A stretch of DNA of 64,000 bases from Oikopleura dioica (lineage: Eukaryota; Animalia; Chordata): the NCBI GenBank assembly GCA_907165135.1, contig OU015569.1, positions 11,346,001 through 11,410,000 on the forward strand, read 5' to 3'. The notes beneath the pieces were generated by a model. That model saw only the letters and a list, made by a program, of their open reading frames with translations. It did no database searches and was not told the origin of the DNA. Position numbers and translations under genes: made by a program. How positions within the stretch are numbered: the stretch's first letter is position 1; every line of letters starts with the position of its first letter. Positions 50,914 through 63,831 of the stretch are shown here, in pieces.

Positions 50914-53900
50914 TTAGGATTTTGAGGCTCTTTTGACTTTTTGGTGGAAGTTGGCCATTCTGATTTGCTTCTTGAGTCGGTCTTCCTCGATGTCTCGGTA
51001 AAAGGTTGATTCGTTTTCGCGGACTATCGCTTCCTGAATATATAATATCTCAAAAGCAAATATAACTACTAATAACTTACGTGAAGTTCTTGAATTTCGC
51101 CTTCAAGTTGACTTCTCAGCGCTTTTTTGACCTTGTCAAGCTGCCGCTTACTGTCTTTTTGGCTGGCTTTGATTTGCTCCTTCTGTTCTCGCATCTCGTC
51201 AGCCAGAAGTTCGAATTGATTGCTGTAGTGTGTCTCGATCGCGTCGAGCTCTTTCTGGCGTGCTTCATCCTCTTTTGCGCGCATTTCTTTCGCATATTTT
51301 CGCAGTTCTCGAATTCGCTCCTTTTGGATACTCAATCCCTCGTTGAAGATCTCTTTCAGCATTCTCTCCTCTAAAACACCAAGAGTTGAACCTCGTTTTG
51401 CTTGTTACATAATGCTACCTTTGTGGCGATGAGAAACGAGCGTTTTCTTGAGCCCGGTTTTGTACTGCTCGAAGTATCGCTTGATTCTAGCGTTGTTTTG
51501 GCGCTTGACTTGGACCTCGCGTTTGAACTGGTTTTCTCGCTCCTTGTTCTCCTTGATTTCGCGAATTCGCTTGTCAGCTGCTTCTTCCTTCGCTTGGATA
51601 TCGTCTAAATATTGATTTATAAAGAATTTTAATCAAGTTTCGTCGTACTGAGAAGAGCTTGACGCTGTTTGAGACTTGAGATTCTGTTGTTTTTCGTTCT
51701 AAGCCGCTGATCGTACTGATGCTGTTCCTTGTGCAGCAAAATCGCTTGCTGCTCTTGTTTGTCACAGAGTCGTTTAATCGTCGCCTGATCGAGTGAGACT
51801 GGAAGCTCATCAATAATTGTCTGTTAATGGATTGAAAAAGGTGGAATAGTCTTCTATGTTATCAACAAAAGGTGGCAATAGATATAGATTTCAAGTACAA
51901 AGCTATAGATCTCGGTCAGATTCAAACCATTCCTTTAACATATCTCCAGGACCAATGTTCAGTTGTGGTCTACGCACGACCTTAGTCCTCACCGGCTTTG
52001 ACACTTGCTTTGCTCGTTGTTTTTGAACCCGTGGTGCCGATCTACCAGATGGTACTGGACAAGGAGCACTATTCAAATCGACCTCTTCGATTCTAATAAT
52101 AGATATTATCACGAACAGAACCAGATAGAGTCTAACCTTGGGGATATTTCGGACTTCATCTGTTTGATTTTTTCTTTTTCTTTCAGCTCCAAATCAAGGA
52201 GTTGCGCTTCCAAGTCTCCAGCGTACAGTTGCTGCTTCAGTCGCTCAAGTGCTTCTTCTCGCTCGAGGACATCCCTTTTGAAGGTTTTTTCCGGACGCTC
52301 TTTTAGCTTTTTGCTGGTTCTTTTATTCGGATAGAGATCTTCCAGGTCGGTGCTCAGACAAAGATTTGCAGTTTCTTCCGAATCGGTTCGACTTAATTCG
52401 TAGATTTTCTTTTGATGCTCAAAGTCGTTTCTCGCTTGTTTTGACTTGTCGACCGTGTTCTTCAACGAGTTTAGAATTTGCGCGATAGAATCAGAGTCGT
52501 TCTTGTCCAGAGTCGGTGCTTGACCGACTCCGAGTTCTTCATGATCGGAAATAGCAAGTGAGGAATCCAACGAAACGTATTTTGCGGGAGTAACTGGAAC
52601 GGGCATAGGCGGAGTTCTCTGAGCAGGAAGCGGTGAAGATGGCGCGACTTCTCTTGGTGACACCGTTGTTGTGGCATTTTGAATTTCTGGCTCAACAAGG
52701 GTCCGTTCTTCTTCCTCATTTTCTCCGTCTTTTTCAACGATGGCGCTTTCGAATCTCTCAAGCGTGTTTGCGGTTGAATCTCGTTGATGCCTGAGTTTCT
52801 GATTGGAGACGGATGTCCTTGTGTCTTTGGAGGTTTCTGTCCACTCGACATCGTTGACCGTGAGATTGTTCTGCGAGACCATTTGTGGCTTTAGTGTGCA
52901 CTGATTCGACTTTGTTTCTTTGATGCGCGATTCGATTTTGCGCATGAGCGAGGGTTTTGAAGAATCCGTCTTGTGACTGCGCGATGAGTCGATTTGCTTG
53001 ATAGGAATGTCGACAGAGACGATCTCGGAGCCAGAAAAGGAAGAGTTTACCACTTCAGGGAAGCGAGATCTTGGACCGTCATTTGTGGAAATATCTGGAA
53101 TCGGACTGAAAATAAGGATTAGGATTGATCTCGCGATTCAAAATTAGAAATAAAGGCTGACTTTTCGATGCAACTCTCGGGGGCGCCCTGGTTTGGTGGA
53201 CCAGGACGTGGTATGGGCACAAAAACTCCTGATTAATCCAGGGGATGTGCTCGAATCCCGAGCCAGACTTGGCTTTGAAGCATAACTTCAGGTCAAACTT
53301 TAAAACAAACAAACTCATGCCGGCCCTACAAGAGTTCTGTTGCGGGTCCTTGCATCGATCGATGGAGGGAACTACAACAGAACCAACAACATTGAAGCAG
53401 CTTTAGGATCGTGCCCGAAAGGTCAGCTCGCGCTGACCGTCACACGGTCACATAAAAACCCCAAATGACGATGAGCTTCACCAGCTCGGGAGGTTCTTTC
53501 GGGTCCCCAAACTAAAGGGACAAAGGGTGATTACGCAGCCTGGCCAGCTGCGGAAAATCTAGGGAGTCCCACCGCCGCCCGAAAGTTTTTTATTTTAATA
53601 ACAAAGAAAAAGAAAAAACTAAGTACCTGAGCGGAAGTTCAGATTCCTCAAGCGCAAATTCGTGCGGCGTTTCTTGCAATCCAAGCGTGTTGCCACTCTC
53701 GATCTTCATCAATTCTTCCGTGTCACAGCTTTCTGTATTGTGTTCTTGTTTTTCGAGCAGCGATTGTTCGTCTTCAGAGATGTCTAAAACGCCAAGGAGA
53801 ATTTCAGCGAGATTGTAGAGACTTTCGTTGTCTTTATCCATCAACGCATTGGCGGTTATGTGGTCGAGTTTGCTCCCGATTGTCTCTTCGAGAGAAGTAA

Positions 53901-54093
53901 TGATGTAGCGAAGGCATTCATGGTGGCCTTTCCATTCTTCGTCTGGTACTACAGGTGGGTCAGAATCGTTTGTTACCGCTCGGTAAATCGCAATCAACAG
54001 CTCCGGGTTGATCTCAGCCGAGCTTTTCAAGTCAATAGCCACCTTCAATCGCACCAGAAGCAGGTTGTACATTGACACACATGACTCGAACAT
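50914..54093 (-). CDS. CEP95: Centrosomal protein CEP95/CCDC45-like
   Basis: N-terminal LDHITANALMDKDNESLYNLAEIL and C-terminal LKEIFNEGLSIQKERIRELRKYAKE..AIETHYSNQFELLAD match CEP95. Confidence 0.8.
53174..53585 (-). ncRNA. Putative structured RNA of unknown class in a CEP95 intron
   Basis: GC-rich; the two ends pair (53174-53185 with 53573-53585) and enclose at least 8 hairpins or helices; strand inferred from G-U pairs and a GCGA loop. Confidence 0.5.
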
Positions 54094-54231
54094 ATTGCAT
54101 CTGAAATCAATGGAATCAAGGATGAGGATCTAACTGGCACTGATTTGACAATTTTCAGGAAGAAGAGGGACATTTGAAGATTAGCCTTTTTGACACGTTG
54201 AAAAATCTTGAGGTACATATACGAATAAGAA

Positions 54232-55711
54232 TTATTTTTTCGGGGCGATTTTTTGCGAAATATGCTTAGTTACTAAATTATCGTTGAGTTGTAGTAAATG
54301 GAGACCACCAGCGGATATTACTGCGATGTCTTGCAAACCATCGCCCGTCTGAATATTCAAATTAGCAGATGATTTCAAAGATGAGTTTATTACGAGATCG
54401 AAGGAGCGTATTTGTAGCACGGGCGTTCGGAATTTGCGCTGCCATTGTTTAACACAATCGTGGCCTTCTATTTTGTAAGTCAAGAGCATTCGCCCAAAGG
54501 TCCCAATACAAAAGCCATGTCCATCTATTTCGCAGAGTTAGATGTTTATGAATGAGCGGTTGTCTTGTTTACCTAGTCTTTCAATGGGAGAAATAGACGT
54601 GACGGCGTCGTGATTCATCGAATCCTCGACCATGATTCCTTTGCTAAGGCCGTTGACATCGTAGTCGAAGTACATCACCGCGCCTTCCCAAGTTGCAGCG
54701 ACTAGTAAATGACCCGGAGCGACGAATGTTACTTGCGCGATGGGAGCAGAAAACTTTCTGACAGAACGATTTAACCATGATTTCGCACTCTGTTGACTTA
54801 CCTGACATGTTCTTCTTTAGCCTCCGCCCCGTCACTATCGACTTTCACGACAGAAAGACTGAGAGTACCATCTTCATCCCCGGTGCATGTATAGCGCAAA
54901 CCGAGGGCTCGATCGAACCAGATGTCCATCGCAATTGGAGGTCGGACCTTTTTGCTCTTGTTTTTCAACTGGAGTTCGGGAAACCATTTGTCCATCTTGA
55001 AAGTATCGAGTTGGTAGAACTGCTTGGATCGATGCTCGAAAACGCCGTAGCCTTGGTTCGACAGCATTATAAAAACATTTAGATGCTCGCCTGCATGCTT
55101 TTGGATCAGCCAAAGGAATGTTTGAAAATCAGCGAAATTGAAAGGCAACTGCAATAAGATAATGTTATAATAAGACAACTAAACCCTTTCGCATTCCCTT
55201 CCCTGTAAGGTATTGCTTCGTCAGGAAGAGTGATAAAGTTAATCAACTCTCCGATTCTGTTAGACGGATCTTTTTCAGTCCCAAGAAGCGCGTTCTCGTA
55301 AAAGTTCACCGAGGTTTTGTACGTATGCGAGTTTGGATTTCGTTTCGTAAACAGAACGCCGACGATGATATTCTGGAGATTTCCCTCCCGATTGAGATCG
55401 AAAGTGCCAGTTGATAGCGAAGTTATTGTCGTTGAGTTGTCAGAGAGGTATTCCATGTCAAGATCGAACAAAATGTTGGAGTCCCAGCATTTCACCGCGC
55501 CGGGCTTGGATTCGATCAACTCGTCGGAGTCGAATTCCAAGCTAGATACTGAAGAAATTTAACTTACCTTACGCCCTTTTTCTGTACCTCGATGGGAGTC
55601 GGCGACAATGAGTTGCCAGGGAAGCGAGTCTCTGTAGATCGTGGCGACACCAAACGGAACTGCATTCATTTTACAAAAGTTCATCTCGAAATACTCTTCC
55701 TCGTCGCACAT
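54232..55711 (-). CDS. KPTN: Kaptin (KICSTOR subunit)
   Basis: LLTYK..QWQRKFRTPVLQIRSFDL/TGDGLQDIAVISAGGLHLLQ and ELINFITLPDEA match kaptin; ATG 55711, TAA 54232. Confidence 0.8.
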
Positions 55712-55940
55712 TTTCAAAAGAGACTCTCTAATAAACGATTTTGATTGAAAATACGACGTTGAACTTTTCGAATGAATAGATAGGATTAATGTCTTGCGAA
55801 TAAAGCACAGAAATAAGAAGAATATGTTGTTTTTTATCGGGTAGAAATAGAATATCAAGAGTACACAGAACACGAATTAAAAAAAGAAAGAAAGAAGCAA
55901 TAGAAACAATAGAATAGTAGTTAGATAGATAGAATGAATA

Positions 55941-57405
55941 TTAGCGTTTTGGGCGTTTCATTGGTGGGGATTTTGGGCGAAGGCGCTCGATTTCCTCGGT
56001 GGTGACGACGAGCGGGTTGTCTTTGAAGTGCGATTTATATACTAGAAGAAGGCTTGAAAGACCTGGAGTTGTTTGAAACGAGTACCTGTAGGGCAAAAGT
56101 TGGAATTGGTGACTTTGGGGCCGACAGTTAGCCAGCCTGGGCGAATGTACGAATCACGGCCGAAGAGGTGCAGTCGTCGACGACCAAGACAAAAACGCTC
56201 CACAATGTCCAGCAGCTCGTGTGGCTAGAAAAAATATAACTTGCTTTATAAGGGGCGTGTTTTACCTTTTCGTCGTTGCCGACTTCGCGTTCTTCGTCAA
56301 TGAGAAGATCGATGTCGATATTGGCGTGGATGAAATCGCCGTCGGTTGCTCGACGGATGATGCCTTTGATTCCCATAAGACAGTGCTCCTTCAGCCGATT
56401 GAAGATGCCAGTTGGTTGCAGCGGCTTTTGGCGCACTAGAATCCTTAGAACATCAGAACTATAGCCTGAGCTAACCTCTTGTGTGGTTAGTCTTGATCCA
56501 GCAAATGTCCTCGCAGCGCCTGAAGCCCCATTTCTGAAGGCATTGTCGTCCGAAATCGAGACCAGCTGTGGAGCCACACCAGAGGAAGACGAATCCTCGT
56601 GGCGCCGAAATCGCCTCGATGTTCAATTTCATGATGTCCTCCCATTTCCAGTTGTCGTCACTTGAATGCTCGTTGAAATAGAAAGTCAATCAATGAACAA
56701 ATTAGAACCTTAGGGCGGTCGTCTTGTATTCTTCCAAGGGAGCGTCGATCACGATTGAATCGAACTGGCAATCGAGATCTTCCAGGTTGTAGCTTCTTAG
56801 ATCAACTGAAAGAAATATTAGGAGAGGTCGAAACGCAACGCTAGAAAGTAACCTGAAAAGTAAGTGGGTGGGCAGTGGCTTTTTGAGTTACTTCGTGTTT
56901 CTTGTCGATTAACTCTTTGATCTTTGGATATTCAGCGAATCGCTTCTCCATTGACACGTCTCGGATGTAATTCGCCGGGTACTGGCCTGTATCGATGTAG
57001 TTCTGACAGTAGTCATTGTGTGGATTCAATGAGTTCGTCCCTTTCAGAAATGTCGACGTATCAGTATACTTTGGAGCCTAAAAGGTATCGGTGAATATCA
57101 AGACTGGAAGTTCTCCTCATCTAGCAGAAGAAGAATGGCAAATTTATTGAAGAAAGACTAACCGATTTGACTGAAGTAGCTTCCTCCTCAACTTCAGTCT
57201 CTTTCTTCTCAGTCTCGCTTTTTTGAACCGATCTCGTCTGCTGGTCTAACTTGGAGTTGAGAACCGAATTGAGCTCATCTTCACTTATTTTGACAATAGC
57301 GTTCTCAGGCAGCATTAAAATGAGTTTTACCTTTTCAAGCCTAGCGTAGTAGCGAGATCCTTCCGTCGAGCTGCCGATTTTTCCCTCAGTCGTTGCATCG
57401 ATCAA
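55941..57405 (-). CDS. METTL14: m6A methyltransferase non-catalytic subunit METTL14
   Basis: [87 protein letters not shown]; start uncertain. Confidence 0.95.
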
Positions 57406-57602
57406 AGATCTTCTTGAGCCAGTGAGATGCTTCTCTTCAATCCTTTCTCATGTCCACCCCATGTTTACTTAAATTCGGAAATCAACGAGGAAAGAAATAG
57501 GAAAATAAAGAAATAATATTTTGAAAAACGGAATGAAAGAAGGAAAAGAACAGTGGAGATAGTTTTTACAGAAATAAGAAGAAAAATAGAAAATTAAAAG
57601 AG

Positions 57603-60600
57603 TCAAACAAAGCCAAAATGTTTGATTTTGAGCGTCGAAGCATTTTCGGGAGTAGGCTGGGCAGGAGGCGGCTTTCCCTTTCCATCCCCTTTTTTGCGCT
57701 CCTTCGAATTCCGAGCTGAATTTGGTATAATTGTGGCTGAATAGATCTGTTCAAGTTACCGCTTATGTGCTTCATAAATCGCTGGATTGCAGGAGGGTCA
57801 TCTTCGCTGTCAACATCTTGGTGATCGTCATGTCTCTCATCTCGACCGTCGTCTTCACCAGGGGATTCCATCATTTCATCAACTTTTTTCGACGCCTCGG
57901 ATGCCAATTCAAAGTCCTTGAATCAATGATTAATATTTTCATTTCTCATTTAGAAATGAACAACCTTGTAGTGAAGGGCCATGTGATGGATGTCGAGAAA
58001 TAGATCTTGCGCTCCAATGTCCGTGGCAAGCAAGAACGCTTTTTGTAGTCTTCTGTGGCGCAGCAAATGATGAAGAAATCTGCGTGCGTAACGAACGACG
58101 TGATCTCTGTACTCAATCACAACGAGGTCGTTGATGGCTCTCGTTGGAGCATAGAACGACGCCAAGGCAGCTTCGAGTTGTGTCTCGGTCGTGTAGTTCA
58201 ACGGCTTGACGATCAACGCGTCACAGATGGTAGTGAGGGAGGCGTAAGCGACTCCAGGACAGGGATCCGAGATTTTGTCGTCTGGACGATCGCCCACTTT
58301 TCAGGCGCGATTTGAGTTATCGCGCAGGAGCTAAAATTCTGATCGCGCGCTCAAATGCGCAGCGTTTAGGCGCGATGGCAAAAACTCGCTCTCTCGGTGA
58401 TGGGGCGATGAATTTCGATCGCGCAGCCCCATCAGGCCGACAAAAAATACTCGCGCGTTCAAATGCGCAGCGTTCAAGCGCGATGGTATAAACTCGCTCT
58501 CTCGGTGAGGGGGCGATGATTTTCGATCGCGCAGCCATATAACGCCGGATACTCACACGCTTCAAAATGGTCGAAAATCTGCCGAGCGGGAGTGCGATGG
58601 TGGCGCTTGGTTTCAATTTTGCCGACCTAGTCGGCGCACGAATCAAATGATCAGCGTGAGATTGCTGACTAAGTTGACCGATTTTTTTGAAAATGGAATT
58701 GTCCATCTCCTCATAAGAGAGCCGACAAACAAAATGTAAATTTGTACTGACCTCCCGCAACGTAACCTACAAATAAGTCGTGCTAATCGCTGAGAGTGAC
58801 TCTTGGCACCGGAAATATGCGTAAAATCTGACTATTTATCAAAAGAAAAATTTTTAAGGTAATTGGATTCTGATGTTAAGCCAACTTATGACTGAAAAAT
58901 ATATTTTTATTGGTTTTTGAACATGCAGATTTCGAAAATTTCATAAAAATTATAAATATAATGATTATAAATTATAAATAATCCAATTGGATATATTGAA
59001 ATCGCCTTATAAATGCTTTTTCTTCTTCTAATTTTGGCTATACATCACGCGCCATCGTTTAATCGTGTAGCTTACTCCAAAATGACAGTGTTTTATCGAG
59101 TATCAAGGGGTCCCCCCCATGTTGAAATTTTCATGGGCGAAAATATGGTGTCGCGCACAGCCAGGGTGGCCGAAAATAAGTTATCGCGCTCTCGGGCCCA
59201 CCGCGATGAATAATCATCGCTCCTGAAGCGCGAGGGCGCAGGGAAACCATCGGCATATTTTTGACTAATCCAGCCCGCCGATGGGAATTTTTCGCGCTGC
59301 GCGCCTAGGAGCGAAAATGATTGTCGCGCGCTGAAGAGGAGCGCTAGGTGCGCGATCGTCCAGACGACAAAATCTCGGATCCCTGCTCCAGGAGCCATGT
59401 TCCAATTAATTGAGTACAAAACTTTGATGGCTTCTTGGAAGTTGTCGTTTTTAACGTGACTTTTGACAAGCGACAGTGCTCCAGATTCCTGTCTCCCGAC
59501 AGTCAACGAGACGAGAACCAGTGGCTGGCCGAGGGAAACGACTTGTATTGGGCTTAATGTGTATAAAAGTCTTAATTATTCCATATGTTCTTTATTAAAA
59601 ATCTTTTATTAAGAATCATTGAAGCCCTAACTAGAAGTTGCTTCGACGACAGCCATTTCAGGTGTTTGAGCATAATCGTATGGGTGGAATAAACCGTGCC
59701 GCCAAGTTTGAGAACAGACTGCTTATCAGAAGATCCATTAATAGTACTCAACTCGATACAAGTAAGGCCAACGTCGAAGAACATAACCTCTCCATTGCGC
59801 GAGGAAACAGCAAGAAAATGGCTGCCCGGATGCCATGACAAAATACTCGGCCGAACTGGGAGATAAACATGCTCTGCCGAGTGTGTCTTCGTATCAAACA
59901 CAATCAGCATATTATCAGAACAGCCAAAGCAAAACTTTTCTTCGTTCGGGCTCAATTCGCACACAACAACGGAAGATTTCATTTGGATTTCGAGCTCGTC
60001 AACGATCTTCAACCCTTGGTTAAGCTTGATCGAATAGAGGGTCATGCGAATATTTGTTGGATTCACTGGGTCGGGAATCTCAAGCAGCCAGAAGGAATCT
60101 GCATTCAGCTCAGAAAAGATGACGTCTTGAATTAGGGAGTTGAAGGGAACGCGCGCGACGATTTCAGAATTTCCGGAATGAGAGATGATCATGAGATGGC
60201 CTCGAGCTCCATCTTCAATTCGCTCTGACCAGTACACCGCTGAAAACGATCCTTTCGTCCGGATACAAGCGTTGTCGGGCATGTCAACAATGTACAGCGG
60301 CTCTGGAGGAGAAATCTGCCGGTGCAAATCGGGTGGAATGACAGAAATCCGCGAGCCAGATAACAGGGAGACAACGTACTTTTCGCTCACTTGTGCGACA
60401 TCAACTGGATCGGAGGAATGCTGGATAAATTTGTCCTTCTTTGTTATATTGTCTATGTCGTTGTTGCGGAGAGAGAAACTGACCAAAGAGCCATTGGAAA
60501 ACATCATCAAAACGGAAGAGTCAAGAGGTCGCGGTAAAATAGACAAGACGCGATTTTGAGTGAGAAGGGCATTGAGTTTCTGAAGCCGATCTCGATTTTC

Positions 60601-60735
60601 TTTTGATAAAGACCAAATTACTTCTTTTCTACTTCGAGTCCAGTGCTCGCGCATTTCGTGGAACACACTATGCTTCATAGTTGGCTTCTTCGGGTGATAG
60701 GAATTAAGCGCGATATTTGCATCTGATTTAAACAT
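57603..60735 (-). CDS. WDPCP: WDPCP/Fritz planar-polarity effector, interrupted by a transposon
   Basis: WSLSKENRDRLQKLNALL, LSWHPGSHFLAV, LASFYAPTR..YRDHVVRYARRFLHHLLRHRRLQKAFLLATDIGAQDLFLDIH, C-terminal LKIKHFGFV*. Confidence 0.9.
58260..59385. mobile_element. Non-autonomous hAT-type element in a WDPCP coding exon
   Basis: Perfect 34-bp TIR cagggatccgagattttgtcgtctggacgatcgc; perfect 8-bp TSD ctccagga (58252-58259, 59386-59393); subterminal gcgcgat motifs and a ~120-bp tandem duplication. Confidence 0.95.
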
Positions 60736-61286
60736 TTAATAAGACTCTGCTCCTGCCAATCAATTAATTCTATTACAACTCGTAATTTACTTGTTATGAA
60801 TAACAGTCATGCTAACCTGACGAATTAAAGACTGACTCCTCTTCTGACCAACAATGGAATGAAACAGCAAAGGACATGAGTGTGTTTTCTAAAGGCGATA
60901 TTTTTTATTTACATTTTTCCAGTAGAAGATTCTTTAGTTTAAACCAGGGGGAGGTACTGAATATGGGGTTTTGGGGGTATTCAGCCAAAAGAATATCAGC
61001 ACGTGTCTACCCTAGGTTTAGACCGACAGAGAAAAGAAAAACACATGTTGAACTCTGATTTCCATATTATTATAACTGGCAATGATGTGTGTTTAGAGTT
61101 GTGAGTAGAGGCCCTCTACTAGAGATTATAGAATTGAAGTTCGGATAAGAGCAAAAGTGGGGTCAAAATATAATTTTATCCGTAATGGAATCCGAATTGG
61201 ATTATCCGGATGGAATCCAAGAAGTATCAAGTTCAAAAAATAAAAATTAAAATCTATATACAGTCAATAGAGCAGTATTCTGAGAG

Positions 61287-62950
61287 TTAATTCTGCTTCA
61301 ACGACGGCCAATCATTCGCCAAGATCCGTAGCATTTCATCTGCCTCTTCATCCATCTTGCAGGTGGGAGGAGAGGCCCGTTCTTGGTCCTCGATCGAAGG
61401 AATCGTCATCGTCTGAGGAGCTGTTGGGAATGGTTGGATTTTTGCTGGATTCTTTACATGGCTCGACATGATTAAGTTGTTTGAACCGGCCTCAGATCCT
61501 AATCCAGAAGGCTGGCCATTCGCTGAACTGGGCTTTGGAAGTATCTTATGATCAGCTCTGGGCAGAATTGGACAATGCTGGACAATTGCCTGATGATTGG
61601 GGAAAATTACAGGCGTATTTTGAAGGTAAACAAGGGTGTAAGCAGTTTCTAGAGTTTGCTGAGTCACTGCGGAAACGGGAACGAGCTGGTGAGCTTGAAT
61701 CTGAGTTGAGGCGATTCCTGGGGCATGTGTAGAAGGAATCACTTCCTGTAGAATAACTTCTTGTTCTTCTTCCCTCTGTGCTTCTGCAACTGACTGTTCA
61801 GCCTCGCTAAATGTCTCTAGACTCGTTTCTTCGGCAGTTGTTATGTTCTCCTCTTCGACTTCATCTGATTCAATGATCACTTCGGAACAGACATCGTCGA
61901 TGTCTATCGATGGTATCGAGTCATTCATCGTCTCCACGAAATTTTCTGTTTTCTCAGAGCAGCTCTTACTCTCTCCGTTGCCGTTTGTTTGGGCCACGTC
62001 TAGCAGCGTTCCCTGAAGAATAATCGGCGTAGGAAGATGCTGACATTGTAGCATAGGTCCTTGGCTCTTGAGAAGTTTGTTCTGGGCCTTCAGTTCTTCC
62101 CTCGCGATTCGTTTCGCTTCCTTCGCGGCTTCTTTCTCCGCCTTCTTCGCATCCTTCATTGCCTGCTTCTGCAATCTTTTCTGTTCCTTCTGAGCTTCTC
62201 GCTCTTTCTTTTTCAACTCTCGTTCTTCCTTTCGTAATTTCCCTGTTTCAGTATTTTCCTTGGCCAGTTTTCTTTCTAAGAATAAGCTTTAAAATTCGCA
62301 AGTATTCAATCTGAAAGTACCTTTTTTCTCATCTAAGGTTTTGTTCTCAGCAGCTGATTCCTCAAGCATCATCCTTTGCTTAGCCGCACGAGCTTCTTCC
62401 CCGATTTTTCGGAGCTCTGGATCGGCACTCGTGAAACAAGCCACATCGTAAATGTGTCCATTGAATGGCGAATGAAGATGCTTCAGCAGTGTTGCCTTCG
62501 ATACGTCTTTTTCAAGGGTATTTAACTGATAAAAAACATGATTATAGATTCATTTGTATGAGAAGTCCCTACTTAGTTTGTTATAGTGTGCATTACAGTT
62601 TGACCCGTTCATTTACGCTCGCAAAGATTGCATTTCCAATGGCTCGAGTTTTCAATTTGAGAACCAAGTACGTCTTCAATTTTCTTCGTCGGTTCATCTG
62701 GATCAAAGTCGCACTCCTTCATGTGTTTCCCAAGTAGAAATGCGTTCTTGAACTGAAATAAAATTAGTGTTGAGTAAAGATTGATTACTTTCACCTCGAG
62801 TTCGCATTTCGGACAAGCGTAAATTCTGAAGGGTCGCCTGTGCTCGAAATGAAAGTCTTCGTCGTGGTTTTCTTTTAATTTATGAATGATTAATTCTTCG
62901 CCCGTAAGAAACCCAAGTTCGCAATCTTTATACCGACATATAAAGTCCAT
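61287..62950 (-). CDS. C2H2 zinc-finger protein with charged coiled coil and low-complexity tail
   Basis: FICRYKDCELGF..IIH, YACPKCELE/FKNAFLLGKHMKEC, WKCNLCER; large last exon 61287-62216+. Confidence 0.7.
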
Positions 62951-63086
62951 CTCTTTTCTAAAAAGAAAGTAAAACGTCAGAAAAGATCTTCCAAAGTCTC
63001 TTCGAATCGTTTGTACAGTAACTGTTACAATCACAGTAATGGCAGGAGAATGAGTCTCTTTTTTTCTTCAAAACAACGTTCATTTT

Positions 63087-63583
63087 TTACTTTTTCTTTT
63101 TGTTGTTTTCTTTCTTTTTCTTTCCGTACTCTTTTATCTCGTGCGCAACTACTCTCTTCGCTGCTTGAGAGTCAACCCTCAGCCGCTTCTTCTTATCTTC
63201 AATATCTGAATAAAACGCGCATCAATGCCTCTCCTTTCCACTTTCCCAGCCTAACCTTGGGCCTTTTTCATGCTGACTTGGACTCTTTGGAGCTCGTCCT
63301 TGAGCGCTGTCTGTTTCGGATCGACGCCATTGACGGTGTTGTAAACCCAGGCCATTGAATTCATTGTGTAAAGCGATAACAGATCTAATTTGGCCTGCTC
63401 CAACGGTGGGAGCTTCTTCACTTCCTCTTGTGATAGCTCCGTCAGCTTTGTAACCTCTATATTTGAATGAGTCTTAATACTGACTGTTTCAAAAGACTGA
63501 CCTTTCATAATGCCGTCTAAACTAGCTTCAAAAGCAGAGCAGCTGGCTTCGATTTCTTTTGGTAGACTATCGCTCACTTCCAT
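63087..63583 (-). CDS. C1D: C1D / Rrp47 nuclear exosome cofactor
   Basis: LPPLEQAKLDLLSLYTMNSMAWVYNTVNGVDPK..LKDELQRV + second exon DIEDKKKRLRVDSQAAKRVV. Confidence 0.9.
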
Positions 63584-63831
63584 TTCTTTCTCAACTTTCT
63601 GAAAATCAAAATGGTACAGGTTGCTCGCATTTTTTTCAATTACTATGGATCGGATTTAATTAGATAACATCTGTAATAGCACTAACTGAAGAAATGAAGT
63701 TTCTAACATATCCAACATGAGTGTATAGTTTCGTTGTGGAGGACAGAAAACTGTGGAACTAGACAATTGTTTTTTTTTTGTAAAGAAAAATGAACACGAA
63801 TTGCACAGAATGGAGAAAGAAATAAACACGC

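Noticed and set aside
53156-53427. Telomerase RNA (GCUGACUUU / AAAGGUCAGC resembles vertebrate TR P3)
   Set aside because: No CUAACCCU-type template on either strand, no U-rich pseudoknot loop and no clear terminal H/ACA layout.
53174-53585. RNase P/MRP, 7SK, SRP RNA or hammerhead identity for the intronic structure
   Set aside because: CR-I/CR-V P4 motifs, the paired GAUC motif, the SRP helix 8 motif and a CUGANGA/GAAA core could not be placed consistently by eye.
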